Shown in pieces: positions 60,439 to 64,000 of a stretch of 64,000 nucleotides of DNA (its first letter is position 1; each line of letters starts with the position of its first letter). Source of the DNA: a virus; the IMG/VR virus record IMGVR_UViG_3300008110_000009; one strand, 5' to 3'. The notes under the pieces were generated by a model. It did no database searches. It was not told the origin of the DNA and was given only the letters and a program-made list of their open reading frames with translations. Made by a program: the position numbers and the translations under genes.

Positions 60439-61644
60439 TTATTTTAACTTACTCATTAAGTCCTTCATTCTTCTGAATTGTGGGTTTTCATAAGCTTTTG
60501 ACTCTGCCAACATTTCTTGTGAAGATGAGCTTGAAGGAGTAGTTGCAATTTTTTCAACAACAGACTCGGTTACTGGTTTTTTAGTTTCAAGTTCTGCTTT
60601 GATAGAATTGTATAGATTTTTAGATTCGTTTATAGTTGAAATTGAATCAAATCTTTTTAAAATATTCAATTTCTCCTGTTTTGTAGTTGAATGTTCAGTA
60701 AATAAACGTGTTGCATAAGCAAGATTAGCATTAAACACAGCAACTTCATTAAGTTTTTCTTTGAAAAGAACTAAAGCTTTTTTGTATTCAGAATTTTGCT
60801 TTTTAAGATTCTCAACCTCTTCGTTGATTGCTCCAGCAGCAAATACTTTCTTACTTTTTAAACCAGCTCTATCAGATCCACCCTTATCACCATGTTTATT
60901 CCATTTGGTTCTAGCAGCTTCTGTCGCTTCAACCTCCATAGCATCTTCTTCAGCCATTTCCGATTCTTTTTCAGAATCTTCAACGTCTTCGTCATCTAAT
61001 TCGATTTCGTAAACAGTTTCTTCGCTACCGTCTTCACCTTCTGCAACTTCTTCAATAGACTCTTCCTCATTCCAGTCTTCAGGTATTTCAATTTCTTCTT
61101 CTTCAGAAACTTCACCTTCTTCCTCTTCTTCGGATTCGTCTAATTTAATGATGTATTCATCGTCCTCATCTTTAAGTTCGATGTTGTTACCATCTTTTTT
61201 AACAACTATACCATCTTCATCAGACATAGCTTTGAAAACTTTTAAAACTTCCTCATCAGAAGCTCCTGTCATATCAAGCATATCATCATCAGCTGGCTCG
61301 CCCATTGATGGCATATCATCCATTGCTGGAGATTCGTCATCAACATTTTTTGATGGTTCATCATTTATCGAGGGTATTTCATCATCATCAGCTTCCTCAG
61401 CATCATCTTCCTCTTCTTCATCGGAAGCTGGCTGTTCTGACATGTCTTTTGATTCCTCTTCTTCAGGATTCATAGCTTCTTCTTCAGCAGCTACTTCTTC
61501 CTCTTCTTCTTCTGACTCTTTAAGCAACTCATTTAGTTCTTGCTTCATTACTGAAGAAAGTATACCTTTTGCATTTTGCTTTACTGCTTCTTCAAGTGTA
61601 TTAACTTGAAGCAACGCTTGTTCTAGAATAGATTTTTCGGTCAT
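60439..61644 (-). CDS. Prohead core / scaffold protein
   Basis: Highly acidic with coiled coils; lies between protease and MCP; many [LIV]xE sites. Confidence 0.8.
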   Translation of the reverse strand: MTEKSILEQALLQVNTLEEAVKQNAKGILSSVMKQELNELLKESEEEEEEVAAEEEAMNPEEEESKDMSEQPASDEEEEDDAEEADDDEIPSINDEPSKNVDDESPAMDDMPSMGEPADDDMLDMTGASDEEVLKVFKAMSDEDGIVVKKDGNNIELKDEDDEYIIKLDESEEEEEGEVSEEEEIEIPEDWNEEESIEEVAEGEDGSEETVYEIELDDEDVEDSEKESEMAEEDAMEVEATEAARTKWNKHGDKGGSDRAGLKSKKVFAAGAINEEVENLKKQNSEYKKALVLFKEKLNEVAVFNANLAYATRLFTEHSTTKQEKLNILKRFDSISTINESKNLYNSIKAELETKKPVTESVVEKIATTPSSSSSQEMLAESKAYENPQFRRMKDLMSKLK

Positions 61645-61735
61645 CTTTTTATTTGATTTACTATATAAATATGCGTATAATCAAAAAAATCTACTTCTCA
61701 ATATTGAAAAGAATGATTTTTTCTCGTTTTTATTA

Positions 61736-62425
61736 TTATTTTGTTAAAAAAGAATCTAGTTTACCCATTAGTTTTTTCATCCTATCTTCAACGACCGGTC
61801 TTTCTTCAACAGTTTCGTTGAACTTATCCTTATCATTAATATCTTGGAATACATATGCACCAGGTGTTGATGGTGAAGACACTAAGTCAAAACAAACTAA
61901 CTCAAAATCGTCTTGTACAATATTTTGACCTTTAATTTGTTTTAATGATCCAACCCCTCTAGATGATATACCTAGAGTAACCCCATTTAGTATTAGCATA
62001 GCCGCCTGGTCTCCCTTGCAGCTAACTATACCCATTTTTTTCCAACCAGGTGATGTTAAAATTTTTATTTTACCCATTAAGGTTTTTCCTTCCCACCACG
62101 TTTCTAAAATTGTGTGAGAAACTCTATCAAGATCGATTAGAGATGAGGATGGGTGATTTAATTCGTTTAATGCAGATCCCTTTTTTATAATTGTTTGGTA
62201 TTTTTCATTTTCCCTTTTTAATAAATTTTCAGGGTAAATTCTACCATTTTTATTTGGGGTATCAAACTTTTGTAAAACAGCATACAGAATAAGGTCCTGA
62301 TCGGTATCCTTATTCTGCATTTCTGTAATAATATTCTTGTTTTTATAATCTTCGGGTGATATGTGACCAGCATCATATTCAATCAAAATGCCTTTACCCG
62401 TTTCATTTGGTCCCAATACTTTCAT
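61736..62425 (-). CDS. Prohead protease (gp21-like)
   Basis: NKNGRIYP, ELNHP, VSH, GISSRGVGS, FDLVSSPSTPGAY. Confidence 0.95.
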   Translation of the reverse strand: MKVLGPNETGKGILIEYDAGHISPEDYKNKNIITEMQNKDTDQDLILYAVLQKFDTPNKNGRIYPENLLKRENEKYQTIIKKGSALNELNHPSSSLIDLDRVSHTILETWWEGKTLMGKIKILTSPGWKKMGIVSCKGDQAAMLILNGVTLGISSRGVGSLKQIKGQNIVQDDFELVCFDLVSSPSTPGAYVFQDINDKDKFNETVEERPVVEDRMKKLMGKLDSFLTK

Positions 62426-62469
62426 TTATAGATATATTAATATATCATATAAATACAAGCATTTTTGAA

Positions 62470-62898
62470 TCAAATCTTAGATTTGCTAAAATTGAACAAG
62501 CTTTTGTCAGATAAACACTTTTCAATTGAAGAATAAAGAAAGGTTTTTAATATTGATTTAATACTCTGAGATTTTACATCAAAAAAATTATCAACAAATA
62601 ATGTGATCTCTAAATTCATAAAAGATCTCTTATTCATTTTTATCCCCTTTGTTCTAATATCAAGATCAACTATACTTTCTTTTTTAAAATAACCATTAAA
62701 ATCGTGTGTTCTTATTAGTTCTTTTATAGATTTCCTAGCAAAAGAAATTGTTTTGTCAAAATCTAATTCTTCGTTTTCAGGTTCAACCCAAGCATTTAAT
62801 TTTAAGTAAATGGTTTTTAAATTTTTAAAGTCTACAGTACCATAACCAATTTTTACTTCTTTATAATCCCCTAGAGGAATATATTTCCCGATTTTCAT
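62470..62898 (-). CDS. Hypothetical protein
   Basis: 142-aa ORF. Confidence 0.7.
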   Translation of the reverse strand: MKIGKYIPLGDYKEVKIGYGTVDFKNLKTIYLKLNAWVEPENEELDFDKTISFARKSIKELIRTHDFNGYFKKESIVDLDIRTKGIKMNKRSFMNLEITLFVDNFFDVKSQSIKSILKTFLYSSIEKCLSDKSLFNFSKSKI

Positions 62899-62992
62899 TA
62901 ACTTTTTACATAATTTTATTTATATTATGGTGTAATATAATAATAACTAAAAATTTTTAATTTTCCAAAAAATTGTATTATATTTATTTTAT

Positions 62993-63187
62993 ATGATTAT
63001 AATTGACTTAAAAAAAGAAAAAAACATTGAGTCTGCTTTAAGAACTTACAAATATAAAGTTCAAAGAATAAAGCAGGTTCAAAAGTTAAGGGAGAGACAA
63101 GAATTTGTCAAACCATCAGTAAAAAGGCGCGCTGAAATTCGCAAAGCGATATATGTGCAAAAAATCAAAAATGGTCTCGATAATTAA
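62993..63187 (+). CDS. rpsU: Ribosomal protein bS21
   Basis: IESALR.YK.K......LRERQEFVKPSVKRR...KAIY, matching Bacteroidota-type bS21. Confidence 0.9.
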   Translation: MIIIDLKKEKNIESALRTYKYKVQRIKQVQKLRERQEFVKPSVKRRAEIRKAIYVQKIKNGLDN

Positions 63188-63927
63188 TCAAGACCATTTT
63201 TTAATTCTATCAATCTGAAGTAATTTAATCTGGAAACTTCTTTTGTGTTAACTTCTTGTTTAACTCTATTAAGTTTTTCGTTCATTTCTTTGTCATTCGA
63301 TTCTACTAAAAGACCTTCAATTTTATTATTGATACCTTCTTTCAGTTCGGTTGTTTTAACAACAAGCTCATCATTTGATAATGACATAATATCTTTAAAT
63401 TCTTTCTTTTGTTCTTCGTTTAAATTATTAGAATATAAAACATTAAAATTGTTTGCCAATACCCCGTAAAGAAGACTTTCATTAACAGTAAAAGGCTCAT
63501 TACCTTTTGTTGCAATATCTTTTTTCTTTGTTAAATGCTCAACTAATTTCTTTTTCGCGACAACTTTGCTTTCAATATTTGATAATGTATCTTTTGAAAA
63601 TAGTTGATCCAAAGACTCGTATAATTCATTACTATCTGAAGATATATTACCTAATTTTTTATCTAGTTTTTTACAAAAATCAGTAATTTCACTAATTGTT
63701 GATTGGCTATTTACCATATTCTCCAACCCCTCAATATATAGCTTTGCGGTTTCTTTATCCTCAATATATTTGTTTTCGATCTCCTCATAAAACAAATACA
63801 TCTCTTTGAACTTCTTGTTCTCAAGTACGGTTTTAATAATATCTTTTATTTCAGATTTATTCTTGCTGCCGTATGATTCGGTCAACTTCTTTAACAGTTT
63901 AGTTTTAATGATACCAACTTTGCTCAT
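63184..63927 (-). CDS. Hypothetical head-module protein
   Basis: 247-aa helical ORF. Confidence 0.7.
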   Translation of the reverse strand: MSKVGIIKTKLLKKLTESYGSKNKSEIKDIIKTVLENKKFKEMYLFYEEIENKYIEDKETAKLYIEGLENMVNSQSTISEITDFCKKLDKKLGNISSDSNELYESLDQLFSKDTLSNIESKVVAKKKLVEHLTKKKDIATKGNEPFTVNESLLYGVLANNFNVLYSNNLNEEQKKEFKDIMSLSNDELVVKTTELKEGINNKIEGLLVESNDKEMNEKLNRVKQEVNTKEVSRLNYFRLIELKNGLD

Positions 63928-63929
63928 TT

Positions 63930-64000
63930 TTATTGGTTTAATATGTCTTTTAATTTATTTTCTATTTCATAAATATTCTTCTTAGCTTTATCTAGATCAA
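63930..64000 (-). CDS. C-terminal end of an upstream gene (possibly portal, by synteny)
   Basis: ...DLDKAKKNIYEIENKLKDILNQ*; identity inferred from position only. Confidence 0.4.
   Translation of the reverse strand, partial: DLDKAKKNIYEIENKLKDILNQ

Noticed and set aside
315-63469. Many 60-150 aa ORFs antisense to or nested in long genes (e.g. 315-593, 8155-8469, 20427-20747, 52650-53069, 61148-61609)
   Set aside because: Shadow ORFs opposite or inside well-supported genes; low-information composition, no motifs or upstream signals
1-64000. Stop-codon reassignment, inteins, introns or homing endonucleases
   Set aside because: Core genes (NrdA, PolB, helicases, MCP) are full length and uninterrupted in code 11; TAA, TAG and TGA all serve as stops

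Overview
This 64-kb window is the core of a large lytic T4-like myovirus. It is AT-rich and uses the standard genetic code. The host is most likely a Bacteroidota/Flavobacteria-type bacterium: starts lack Shine-Dalgarno sequences, one promoter matches TTG-N20-TAnnTTTG exactly, and there is a Bacteroidota-type bS21 and a DUF4494-like gene. Replication and nucleotide genes: NrdAB, DnaB/gp41 helicase, 5'-3' exonuclease, RecA/UvsX, gp32 SSB, PolB, SNF2 helicase, dUTPase and PhoH. Virion genes: baseplate gp6/gp25/gp53/hub/tube-initiator/spike, tape measure, tube, sheath, neck proteins, MCP, scaffold and prohead protease. Also present are three glycosyltransferases, a gp55-like sigma factor and ribosomal protein bS21. 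Notable observations: (1) a [ST]G-x-[ST] motif strongly enriched in virion proteins and nearly absent from the enzymes checked, alongside the three glycosyltransferases, suggesting sequon-based virion glycosylation; (2) a probable +1 frameshift at UUU-UUU-CGU-CCC-U fusing a gp26-like chaperone to an ATG-less gp51-like ORF; (3) a chromosome-type parS site about 700 bp from an AT-rich TWCTA repeat array; (4) a pseudoknotted RNA in the nrdA 3' UTR; (5) a shared E..R[IMV]KxL helix in the scaffold, protease and putative head cargo, including a WYL protein; (6) a TATTTAT late-promoter motif before about 21 genes. All protein calls rest on motif recognition and synteny; no database searches were run.
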